Translations under genes and position numbers: made by a program | Shown here: piece after piece, positions 13,068-23,586 of the stretch | How the letters are laid out: each line of letters opens with the position of its first letter | Position numbering within the stretch: the first letter of the stretch is position 1 | Assembly: GCA_964016885.1 (NCBI GenBank) | Contig: OZ024740.1 | Span: 174,592,001-174,656,000 of the forward strand | Direction of reading: 5' to 3' | DNA: 64,000 bases | From: Eledone cirrhosa | Taxonomy: Eukaryota | Notes under the pieces: generated by a model | What the model was told of the DNA's origin: nothing | Seen by the model: only the letters and a program-made list of their open reading frames with translations | The model's database searches: none

Positions 13068-13658
13068 TGCTACTGGTAACATGTATCCCAGTACAACCTG
13101 TCCCATGGTCGGGTCGTTGGCGACTAAACTGGCAACCCCACCAAGGTTTCTTGGTGAAGAGGGTGACTTTGGACATCCTGCAGGACTAAAAACAAAACCT
13201 GTCAAAGGGCAAAGGAACTCTAAAGAGTCAATGGCCATCCAAAATCACCGGGAGAGATGACCCCTTAGCCTTTGTCAAGGCAGAATTCTAGGAGAAGGAA
13301 AACTCTGATATAACACCTGCAACCCTGATGGTATCCAATGATGTTGACTTGTTCTTCTTTTTGGTAAATATCATCTTGGTTAAGAGAGTGGGACTGGCTT
13401 TGCGCAGTGCCTTTGCTCACTATAAAAGCTTCACAGCACAGGCATTGCTTTATATCTGGATATCTCTCTGCACTTGTTATCACATGGTACCATGGGCCCA
13501 GCACTATGTGTCAATAATTGTCACAGGTGTAGTGTTTGTACCAGAGTTTTCAAGTCGCTGGCTGGACTAAAAAGTCACATTCGTTCAGCGCATCGGTAGG
13601 GGTTCTCCTACATGGATATAAAGAAGTGGCGGTACTCGAAAACGAGTTGGCAGCCACC
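13068..13658 (+). mobile_element. ~590-bp non-autonomous RTE-derived element (family A)
   Basis: RTE-like 5' UTR motif ggagaaggaaaactctgat. The 3' part encodes [26 protein letters not shown] (C2H2 finger typical of RTE C-termini). Other copies at 14717-14910 (-) and 38420-39028 (-). Confidence 0.65.
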
Positions 13659-13661
13659 ATA

Positions 13662-13725
<64 letters not shown>

Positions 13726-13732
13726 ACTACTA

Positions 13733-13791
<59 letters not shown>

Positions 13792-13827
13792 ACTACCAAG
13801 ATATATATATATATATATATATATATA

Positions 13828-14597
13828 TCTTGGTTGTCCATCATAGACGATGATGACATCTTTATTTTAGTCCCCGTCTGGCGTGGGCACGAAGGTGGTT
13901 GTGGAGGCCGATCCCTGACTTGCAGGTCTGGGGACAGTGGGGCAGAGGAAGAGACTGGAGTCGCTTGGGGCAGCCTCAAAAGGGCTGCTCAATCGCCCGG
14001 TGGAACGCCTGATCTCCTGTCATCCGAGGGTCAGGAGGAGAACGACTTGCACATCTAGGCCACCCACATGTGAGTTTGAGACTGGCAACTCTCAGAGGTT
14101 ACCTCCAACTGTTACCTCCGCCTCTCGCCCTTCGCCGCAGGGCTTTGGGAGTACATGATAAAGAAGAAACCTGTGCGGGAAAGGTTTATAGTGGGAGGGC
14201 CAGTCCACAGTTACGGTCCCACTCACTCGGCTGCAGAAACCAGAATGCGGTGGTACGGAGGACCGTCACGACCAGGGACTTCCTTGGCTGCAGTGGATGG
14301 TCACGATGTCTATAGTGCCTTTCCGTGCCCTAGCGCTCCACACCACTTGCTGTTGGAACGATGTTGAGTTCCTCCACTCAATCCGCCGAGTCCAGTCTTC
14401 GCAGGCAGGGGCAGGCATCCTCTATCTAATTCACTGGGGGGTTTCAGACCCGTTCGGCTACCCTCAAGGCGGTTTACCAGGGTGTGACCGCTGCCGCATG
14501 CTACAGCTTCTTGGGACCACAGGTGAGAGCTGAGTGTTAGGTAGGACCCAATGCAGGACGAGCTGTCCTGAAAAGGGCATGGCTAGCCCCCCTCCCC
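13828..14597 (-). mobile_element. Internally deleted RTE/BovB-like element (family B)
   Basis: Minus strand: BovB-like 5' UTR (ctcacctgtggtcccaagaagctgtagcatgcggcagcggtcacacc) and ORF start ggagatcaggcgttccaccgggcga, fused to C-terminal [21 protein letters not shown] and tail gatggacaaccaaga-(TA)n. Confidence 0.6.
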
Positions 14598-14716
14598 ACA
14601 CACACACACCACACACACACACAGAGGTACATGCCCCTCCCTGACACCCCAGGCATATACACACGTATATACATACACATAGATATGTATATGTGTATAT
14701 ATACATATTTACACAT

Positions 14717-14910
14717 TTTTGGATGGCCGTTGACTCTTATCAGTTCTTCCGCCCTTTGTCAGGTCTTGTCCTTTGTCCTGCAGGGTGTCCAAAATCACCC
14801 TCCTCACCAAGTAAACTTGGTGGGGTTGCCAGTTTAGTCGCCGACGACCCGACCATGCGACAGGTTGTACTGGTTTACATGTTACCAGTAGCACTCAAGA
14901 GTGACCTGAC
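14717..14910 (-). mobile_element. 5' fragment of RTE-derived family A
   Basis: High similarity to 13068-13245 and 38835-39028. Confidence 0.75.
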
Positions 14911-14926
14911 ATATATATATATATAT

Positions 14927-16027
14927 AAGCAAGTATTGCGCCAAGAAAAATATAAACATGAGCGTAAAAGGAGATTAGGAATTTATTTGCTTTAACATAT
15001 TTCTGTATCTATTATAATTGTCTACATATGCTGACTACAATATATATTGTTCAATCATATGCAATACTTAATTATTTATCACACCTCATCAGAAAGCCTA
15101 TAATAGTGGAAGTGACTATTCATGACGCGACAGGAATTGAATTTTCGTTTAAGAGAATGTAAATAAGTTAAAATAACAATAAAAATAGAATAAAATACAG
15201 TCAGTTAGTGTGATAGTAGAGAGGAGAGGGAGTAGGGTTAAAGAGTTTCACATTAGTAATCTGTGTGCTGTGATGTGGAACAATTTTCTTTGACCATTGG
15301 TATGGGTGAAGGTTTTGATGTTTACCATATATGGTGGAGAGAGTAGAGAAGGTATTAAGAGAAGTACAGAAAAGGAGAGGTAGAAATTAAGTGTAGGAGA
15401 TTGTTTTGAATATTACTGAATTTTTTGGGTGGGTGTGAAAAGTTCAAATGCCACAGGAAATGTACTAAATAGGATATAGTAAAACCTAGGTATTAGGGAT
15501 CGAATCTTATTCTAGTCCAGTTTGTAGTTAGCGAAGGTTTTCGGAACCTTGTGTTTGCAATTAAATACCCTATCATGCCGGGAATTTAGAAGGTCCTTTC
15601 CGGGCGCTATTTCAATTACCTCCGCCAGACATAATTCACAGGGGCGTCTTTCATTCCGGTATGGACAGGCGAATTTCAACACGGACCATTGTAATGTGTA
15701 TTCAATATTAGCGAGCTTCAGATCCCAGATATTTTTCGCCAAGGCCATAGATCTAGCTAAACTGGGGTTTTTTAACGTGTGGGTTTGCACATACCATCTT
15801 TTCTTGAAAATATTCGAAGTGGCACCCACATATGTTCCCAGTTTAAATTTGACCACACGTTGGCAAATGATGGTTTTGTACAAATGATGGCTTTGTACAA
15901 ATGATGGTTTTGTACAAATGATGGTTTTGTACAAGCATACCCGATAATAGACAATTGCTGGATTTCTGCACTTGCAGTTTGTCTGTGTAGAACGTGTGAT
16001 TTCCTCTCCGGTTCCTGCGTTGGGAGT
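14927..16027 (-). mobile_element. 5'-truncated Penelope-like element (Neptune-like): GIY-YIG endonuclease remnant, 3' UTR and HHR
   Basis: ORF 15512-15934 has YVGATSNIFKKRW, CELCLAE and LLNSR. An upstream Cys cluster (CKCRNP...CLLSG) is disrupted by a 17-bp x4 repeat at 15864-15931. aataaa lies near the 3' end and (TA)n flanks both sides. Confidence 0.75.
14989..15097 (-). ncRNA. Degenerate type I hammerhead with long stem II in PLE 3' UTR
   Basis: Minus strand: gcttt-CTGATGA-ggtgt...ataca-GAAA-tatg-TT-aaagc. Stem I gcttt/aaagc is perfect; stems II and III are imperfect. Confidence 0.5.
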
Positions 16028-16175
16028 ATATATATATAATCCGTAAATCCAATATTACTTGTTCCATCCATGAAATATTAGGTTATGTACTAGTTCTTAT
16101 ATTTGTTTGTTTTAGGACACAATATTAAATATGCCATAAACATTAAATATCAGAAATATATATCAGCTAGTTGCA

Positions 16176-16356
16176 ATTGGCAGTATAGGTAGAGAGTTGG
16201 ACGCCATGCTTGCCAGCATAGTGACGTCCCTTTACGATCTGAATGGAAATCCCGCCGAGGTTAACTTTGCCTTTCATCCTTACGGTGTCGATAAAATAAA
16301 GTACCAGTAATGTACTGGGTAATTGCTGGCCTGCGCCAAATGTAGAAACAATTATT
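16176..16356 (+). mobile_element. tRNA-derived SINE copy
   Basis: Same family as 12315-12503. Confidence 0.8.
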
Positions 16357-16563
16357 TTACATACTAACATTTCATAAATAAATGTCAGTTTTCAACTGCA
16401 AAATGTCAGTCGGACTCTTTTTGAACCCCAAGTATTTATCAAACCCTGAGGATTGTACTAAACATTCTACGAACCCATAGTGTGGAGTATCTGATGTTGG
16501 GATATGTTATATTATTAGGTGACCCCTACATAAAAAATGAGTTGTGTACATACATACATACAT

Positions 16564-16883
16564 GAGAAACAGATAGAACACGACTAGTTAGGAAATTACA
16601 AGTATACTCCATTAATGGAACAGTAAAAATATGTAAAACATTCCAAAAATTCTGTATCTAATAACTGCATATACACTTGTACAGATACAAAGTATATGCA
16701 CATGCACACATACAACTCGAAACATCCACATCCACACATACAATAACATCCATATCTACACATGCATACATACATATCTACCTAGTTGATGTTGTGTAAA
16801 TTCCAATGAGAGAGACTTGTGTCTATGTTAGAAACCGACTTTCTCTATTGATAAAACTTTGTGAAATTATAAAACCAGAAGAA
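16564..16883 (+). mobile_element. Short 3' fragment of R4/Dong-like element in (CATA)n
   Basis: Closely matches 19150-19477 and is flanked by cata repeats. Confidence 0.85.
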
Positions 16884-16963
16884 CATACATACATACATAC
16901 ATACATACATACATACATACATACATACATACATACATACATACATACATACATACATACATA

Positions 16964-19247
16964 AGAAAACACCAGGAAGAGACATGATTGTCGGCTACTG
17001 GTACAAAAAACTAATATTCTATCGGAGGTATCTTACTGACCTCTACCAACAAGTTCTTAAGGGAGATACACTTATACCAGAATGGTTGACATTAGCACAA
17101 ACGTTACTGGTCCCCAAGAACAAGGACACCCACTTGGAAAAAAACTACCGACCCATTGCATGCCAGAACCTGGTGTATAGGATGTATACAGCCTGCCTGA
17201 ACCTATTCCTCCAAGATGACTGTGAAAATAATAACATCATCACAGATGAACAAACAGCTGGAAAGAAAGGGGTTTGGGGATGTGCTGAACAACTCCTATT
17301 CAACAAAACTGCGATGTCGGAGGTGCGACAACTTAGGAGGAATATGACTACAGTCTGGCTGGACTATAGGAAAGCTTTCGATTATGTTCCCCACTCTTGG
17401 ATGATAGAGGCCCTCCAACTTGCTAAAGTCCCAGACATTATTGTCAGAGCCATAGAGAGGCTGTCTTCTTCTTGCGCTACTATCCTAAGGTTAAAGACAG
17501 AGAGGGAGGACTCTATTTTCACTGATAAAATAAAATATTGCAGGGGTATATTTCAGGGGGACAGTCTCTCTGTGATATTGTTCATCTTGTCATTAAACCC
17601 CTTGTCCTTTCTGCTCAAGAAATGTGAGGGATACATCATTGGCTCACAGGAGGACAGAAATACGAACCTAACCCATCACTTCTTTGTGGACGATCTGAAA
17701 CTCTATGCCAAGAACATGGATGGGATGAAGAAAAATCTTGACCTGGTTACAACGTTCTCAAAGGATATAGGAATGGAGTTAGGCCAAGATAAATGCTCAT
17801 ACATGACTGTAAAGCGGGGAAAAACAACAACCCAATCTAGCAACATTGTCATCAATGGTCTGTTTCACCGATATCTGATGAGGACTGCTACAGATACCTG
17901 GGGATAGATGAGAACATATCCTATAATGGTATCTGTAATAAAGAACGCGTAACCAGGGAATACTACACCCGATTAAGAAAGATCTGGTCATCAGAACTCT
18001 CTGCGCAAAACAAAACAGTGGCTCACAATGTGTTTGCTGTGCCTGTCCTAACACCAACGTTTGGAATACTCAATTGGACGATAGACGAAATCCGAGCAGT
18101 TGATGTTGGAACTCGAAAAATACTGAACAACACCGGAAACTTCCACATCAACAGTGACATAGACCGCCTTTACTTGAATCGTAAGCAGGGAGGCAGAGGC
18201 CTAACATCAGTCCAGACAACATTTGAATGTCGCATCATATCTCTCCGACAACATCTACGAACCTCGAAGCGTAAGAGCCCGCTTCTTGAGCAAGTCTATC
18301 TGCATGAAACAGATAAGATCATGAGAGTTGGGAAGGAACTGCTTGAGAGATATTCCCTGTGTGATAATCAAAAACTCACACCCAGGGATGTCACTCAGCA
18401 GTATCGCAGTGAATCCATGGATGAAAAACTGCATGCCTATCAGCAAAAAACCATGCATGGATATGTTGCCAGAAAGCTCCAGAGTGAGAGTAATATAGAT
18501 AAGGAAAGTAGTCTATCTTGGACCAACAACCGCTATATTGGCTCCCACTTTGAAGGATACGCTTTCGCAATCCAAGAACAGGAGATTAGCACGAAATACC
18601 TGATTCACAAAAGAGATAGGGATGCAGGCAAAACACCTAGATGTGATAACAAGTGCAGATTCTGCAGAACTAACATCGAGGATATCACCCATGTCATCAG
18701 CAGCTGTCCAAAGATGTCATCGCGGTACTATCTACCTATGAGGCATGATGTAGTGGCCAAAACACTGTACAATGCAGTTCGTAAAAAAGATAGCCCCGAT
18801 AATAAACACATTAAAAGCTACAACAATGTGGAAGACATCCATGTACATAATATGAAAGAGTACTGGTGGAATGTTCCAGTAAAAACCCCAATAAAATGCA
18901 GGCATAACAGACCAGATATTATAATATGGGACAGGGAGAAGAAAACATGCACAGTAGTGGAAATTAGCTGCCCAGCAGATGCCAATATAATATCAAAGAT
19001 TAGTGAAAAGGAGAATATTTATGCAGAGCTGATGAGAAATCTGCAGATACTCCACCCTGATTACACCTTCAGATTTATGCCTGTGATTATTGGGGCACTA
19101 GGATGTGTTAGTAACTGCCTCAATACAAATCTTGAGAAGCTAGGCTTCACAGGAAAAGAAAGAACACGACTAGTTAGGAAACTACAAGTACAATCCATTA
19201 ATGGAACAGTAAAAATATGTAAAACATTCCAAACATTTTGCATCTAA
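16964..19247 (+). pseudogene. R4-like RT-RLE ORF, 5'-truncated, one frameshift near 17860
   Basis: ORFs 16984-17907 and 18018-19247 join via the second-frame peptide ISDEDCYRYLGIDE. Confidence 0.85.
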
Positions 19248-19477
19248 TAACTGCATATACACATGTACAGATACAAAGCATATACACATGCACACATACA
19301 ACTCAAAACATACACATCCACACATACAATAACATCCATATCTACACATGCATGCATACATACATATCTACCTAGTTGATGTTGTGTAAATTCCAATGAG
19401 AGAGTCTTGTGTCTATGTTAGAAACCGACTCTCTCTCTCTATTGGTAAAACTTTGTGAAATTATAAAACCAGAAGAA
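16964..19477 (+). mobile_element. 5'-truncated R4/Dong-clade non-LTR retrotransposon (RT plus restriction-like endonuclease)
   Basis: RT motifs NYRPIAC, WLDYRKAFD, GIFQGDSLS and FVDDLKLY; CCHC knuckle CRFC...HVISSC; RHD; RLE motifs RPDIII...VVEISCP...K...Y. 3' end ccagaagaa followed by (CATA)n 19478-19596. Confidence 0.9.
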
Positions 19478-20096
19478 CATACATACATACATACATACAT
19501 ACATACATACATACATACATACATACATACATACATACATACATACATACATACATACATACATACATACATACATACATACATACATACATACATGCGA
19601 CCGTATTCTATACATACATAACGATTTTTGTATGAAAATTAAAAGAAATATCCTACCTGTTCATATAACAGCTTTGCAAACTTCCATTTTTAAAAGTTAA
19701 TAATTTTCCAATAATCTGATACGAAACCACATATAAAATATCTCTAGATGTTAACTAACAGCTTCTCAATAAACTAATTATGAATGCGTTAAAGACATCC
19801 AACATGTATATCGAACGTTTAACACTTATATCTACAGCGATTTTATAGCAGGTGTCTGAAAAGGCAACACAATACTTCCTTGACACCCTCATATTTCGTG
19901 TCAAAATGTAAAAATAAAATAAAAGGCTTAATTGTATTTTTAATAAAAAGTATTAAATATCTATAAATACGTAATATCGTGCTTCAGGAATTAGTTCAGG
20001 GAATGAAAGACTTTAAAAATACACACTTGCAAGCATACAACACATTCTCCCACTAACACATTTAATGTGGCCTTGGATTTTTTTAGCGGGAAAATA

Positions 20097-20253
20097 TATA
20101 TTCATTTTATTATAGAAATGACTTCTACAGAACTAGGACTGTTTCATTCGTAAGAAATCATCAGGATTTTCCTGGTGATTTCTTACAAAGGAAACAATTC
20201 TAGTCCTGTAGAAGTCATTTCTATAAGAAAATGAGAATAATAAAATGAATATA
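20097..20253. mobile_element. Fold-back PLE-like terminal fragment with head-to-head hammerhead motifs
   Basis: Palindrome centred ~20168. Minus arm reads CTGATGA-tttcttacgaat-GAAA-cag...ctg-TA; the plus-arm core is mutated (ctggtga). Same family as 55148-55268. Confidence 0.65.
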
Positions 20254-20350
20254 CTTAACTAACGTACTGAGTACCATTTTTGGTGGTTGCTTCTCGATTT
20301 ACATCGGGGTCCTACACACATACACACACACACATATATATATATATAAT

Positions 20351-20414
<64 letters not shown>

Positions 20415-20440
20415 CACACACACACATATATATATATATA

Positions 20441-20706
20441 CGTTAACCTTGGTCTTCCTCTTCCAATGTGCCCATGTAGGGGCTCCCACAGGAGCACTGA
20501 GTGCAATGTCAACTCTGGATGCCGGTGAGCATGTCCAGCTAACCTCAGTCTCCTCTGTGTCACTTTTGAGCTGACTTTTGGGAGGCTCCTATACAGCTCT
20601 GAGTTTTTCATCCTCAGTGTATACTGATTAATGTTCAGAGCCATCCTCAGCATTCTCGTGTAGCACCCATCCACCATCTGAGTGAGTTTCTTGGTCAGTG
20701 TCCAAG
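20441..20706 (-). mobile_element. RTE/RTEX-like non-LTR fragment (post-RT region)
   Basis: VDGCYTRMLRMALNI...RRLRLAGHAHRH...GRGRPRLTY. Confidence 0.75.
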
Positions 20707-22424
20707 AATATTAACACTACTTGACCAAGAAGTCGAGACAGGTACTAGATTTACTTGGAGAATCTCATTTAAATTTATCAAGATTTTATCAATATTTCTG
20801 TTGAAATCTCAAGCTATTGACATGATTTGCTGCATCGATTTGGGGGATACATATGTATTTTAATTTACAACATTATATATAGTCAACTCTGGAAAAAGAA
20901 TATAAGGTAAGGTTTTAGTTATTGGCAAGTTTTTGCCTTCCAATTTTCGATCCTCATACCATGTTGAAGAATATACTAAGGCAAAGACCAAACGATTTTC
21001 TTTAAATTTTTCAGGAACAAATTCGTTTCTATTGTAAATTACTTGAGACAGTGTGGCATCGTGTGGAAATTGATATCAGATGGAAAAAACACTGTGTTAT
21101 TACATAGAAACAAATAATCGAATAATGCGAATAAAGAAAAGTTAATGCTGATTCTCTACAGGCTGCTTATAATGCTCGTGCTTCACATTCTTGTGTTGTT
21201 ATCTTGAAATTGAAAGATGAAAGAGAGATTAGGTTGTAGGGATTTTTTTGAAGACATAATTAGGTTTAAAATAAGTGGAGTAACTCTTTTGCCAATAATT
21301 GAACATTCCAGACAACACTGGTATTTCCAGTTAGCTCAGTCTGGAAATTTCTTTTGCAGCTGATATAAAATCAACAATCCATTACATTAATCTCATGGCA
21401 TTCGATTGATATAATTCTTCAGTAAAATCGAAACATTTATAGACACATTAATTTAAAAACAAAAGACTCTGTTACATATATAGAAACTAAGTGGCTAGGT
21501 AAATTATATCTGCATCGTAGTTCATTAGATTGAAATTCCAATCTTTGTCACACACAAAGATTACCAAATGCGATCCATTTATTTTATTAAAGAGTGTAAA
21601 CATTTGATAGATACACAAACTTACTTTTAAGATTATCAATTCTTCAAATACGGTTTTATTTAGCCTTCCTGTAAAATAGTTCTGGTGCTAAGGCTACCGA
21701 TCAGGGTTTGTGCCCTTAATTGAAATATCGGAATTTTCTGTAATCAACTTCGATATAACCAGTAATAAATGTTTTCTGATTAGATTGCTTGCTATCTATA
21801 TCCTTAATTCTTCATCCAGTAATGTTATTTCACAAATAAATAAGTGACGATAACTACGGGAGACGTTAAACTATAAGGGAATTCATATTTTTTATATTGC
21901 CAAGGGAAGGCTTTGAAAGGTTTATTTCTCCACCTTAGCTTACTTTGGAGTAAACAAAATGTTTGTTCTCGAACATTTTTACATTTTTATAGGGATTTGA
22001 ACTAAAAACTAAATCGAAACTAAATACCACAAATCCTTTTTGCGATACTCTATCGATTCTCCTATACCACTGTCCAAACTGTCTCTTATACCACTGTCAA
22101 AAGAGGAGATACCTTCTGTATTATTACTGCTGTTACTCTTCTGATGGTGGCTTTGAGATATCATAGTATCAGAGCATCGTAATGCAATATATGACATAGA
22201 CAGGATTAGTTATTAAGAAATTAGTTTTGTAGTCAGGAGAACCTACTGCGTAGCATCTTGGGCAAGTGTGTTTGTTTTTTTACCATAGCGTCGGATCGAC
22301 CCAAGCATTGTGAGAGAAATTGGGTAAGCGGAAGTTGTGTAGCATCTCGATGTCCAGCCTTGTCACATAATATGTCATGTGGATTCTGAAAGAATTACGT
22401 TAAGGTACATATTTTACGAATAAA

Positions 22425-22605
22425 AGAAACCGATAGGAGACCCAGGGGTAAACCCTGAGCAAGATAGTTGGATAACATACGTGAGCTCGGCTGGTCTCAC
22501 TTGGGGATCAAGCCGGATCAATTGGAGATGGTTGCTTCTGACAGGACCTACTGGAAGGCGTATTTGTGGACTCTGTCCCCATGACCCTCTCAGGGATAAG
22601 TGGAC
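22425..22605 (+). mobile_element. RTE-like 3' fragment
   Basis: RPRGKP...LDNIRELGWSHLGI, homologous to 49760-49935. Confidence 0.55.
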
Positions 22606-23280
22606 TAGGGAGAAATACCTATGTTTGCATAATGTTCAGCTATTTAACCGAGTAGCCAGTTCAGTTGATTGAACAGCCGAATGCTCATCGTTGAAAAAGA
22701 CGGAAGATCCATATCATTATCGCTAGTGCAATTTAATGAAGGACTTTACAATAGAATGTAATGGTTTGTTTAGCGAGGTTTCCAATATTGTAACGGTGAT
22801 CGATTTTTGTTCTTGCGCAGTCGATAAAATTAAGTAGTAGTTAAGTTTTGGAGATCGATGTTATCGATTAGTCTCTCCCTAAAAAGGTGTGAACTTGGGC
22901 GAAGTTGGAAATCAATATTTTTATCAAAGAATGGAAGATAGTAAAATCGGTGGGGCGTCGAAAACTCGGTAGGCCGTCTTGTGGTATTCAGTTACTGTCC
23001 TTTATTTTCCAAGTTCGAATCCTTCCCAAGTCAACTTTGCCTTTCATGTATCCTTCAAAATACCAGTCAAGTACTAGGATCAATGATATTAATTATTGGT
23101 ATTATGCCTATTTAAAATGAATAAATATTATTATCGTTTTTCGAGGGTGGGAAATAGCAGAAGTGGAGAAAATATCTTATGATGATACTGTAGTATTGAG
23201 GGGTCAGCTGGAGTAGTTTCAGTCGATTGAATGTCCACAAATATACTGTTTATAAATCCATTATTATTAGTAATTTAAGG

Positions 23281-23586
23281 GCGGTGGATTGGCAGTATCT
23301 GTAGAGAGTCGCACAACATGATTTGCGGCATAGAATTATGGCCCTTTACGTTCTGAGTTCAAATCCCACCAATGTTATCTTTGCCTTTCATCCATAGAGT
23401 ACCAATCACGCAAAATTATTTGTAATGATGTCTAAATCAGAAAGCATTATTACGTCCCTTTATGATCTGAGTTCAAATCCCGCCGAGGTTAACTTTGCCT
23501 TTCATCCTTACGGGGTCGATAAAATAAAGTACCAGTAATATACTGGGTAATTGCTGGCCTTGTGCCTAAAATAGAAACAATTATTA
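23281..23586 (+). mobile_element. tRNA-derived SINE copies (one partial, one 5'-truncated)
   Basis: Same family core as 12315. Confidence 0.75.

Noticed and set aside
17875-19040. CTGATGA occurrences at ~17875 and ~19029
   Set aside because: They are codons of the R4 ORF (SDE, LMR) without hammerhead helices.
20750-22200. Possible decayed coding sequence (also ~24900-26450 and ~58500-58850)
   Set aside because: Many stops and no motif I can recognise; a BLASTX/HMM search would be needed.
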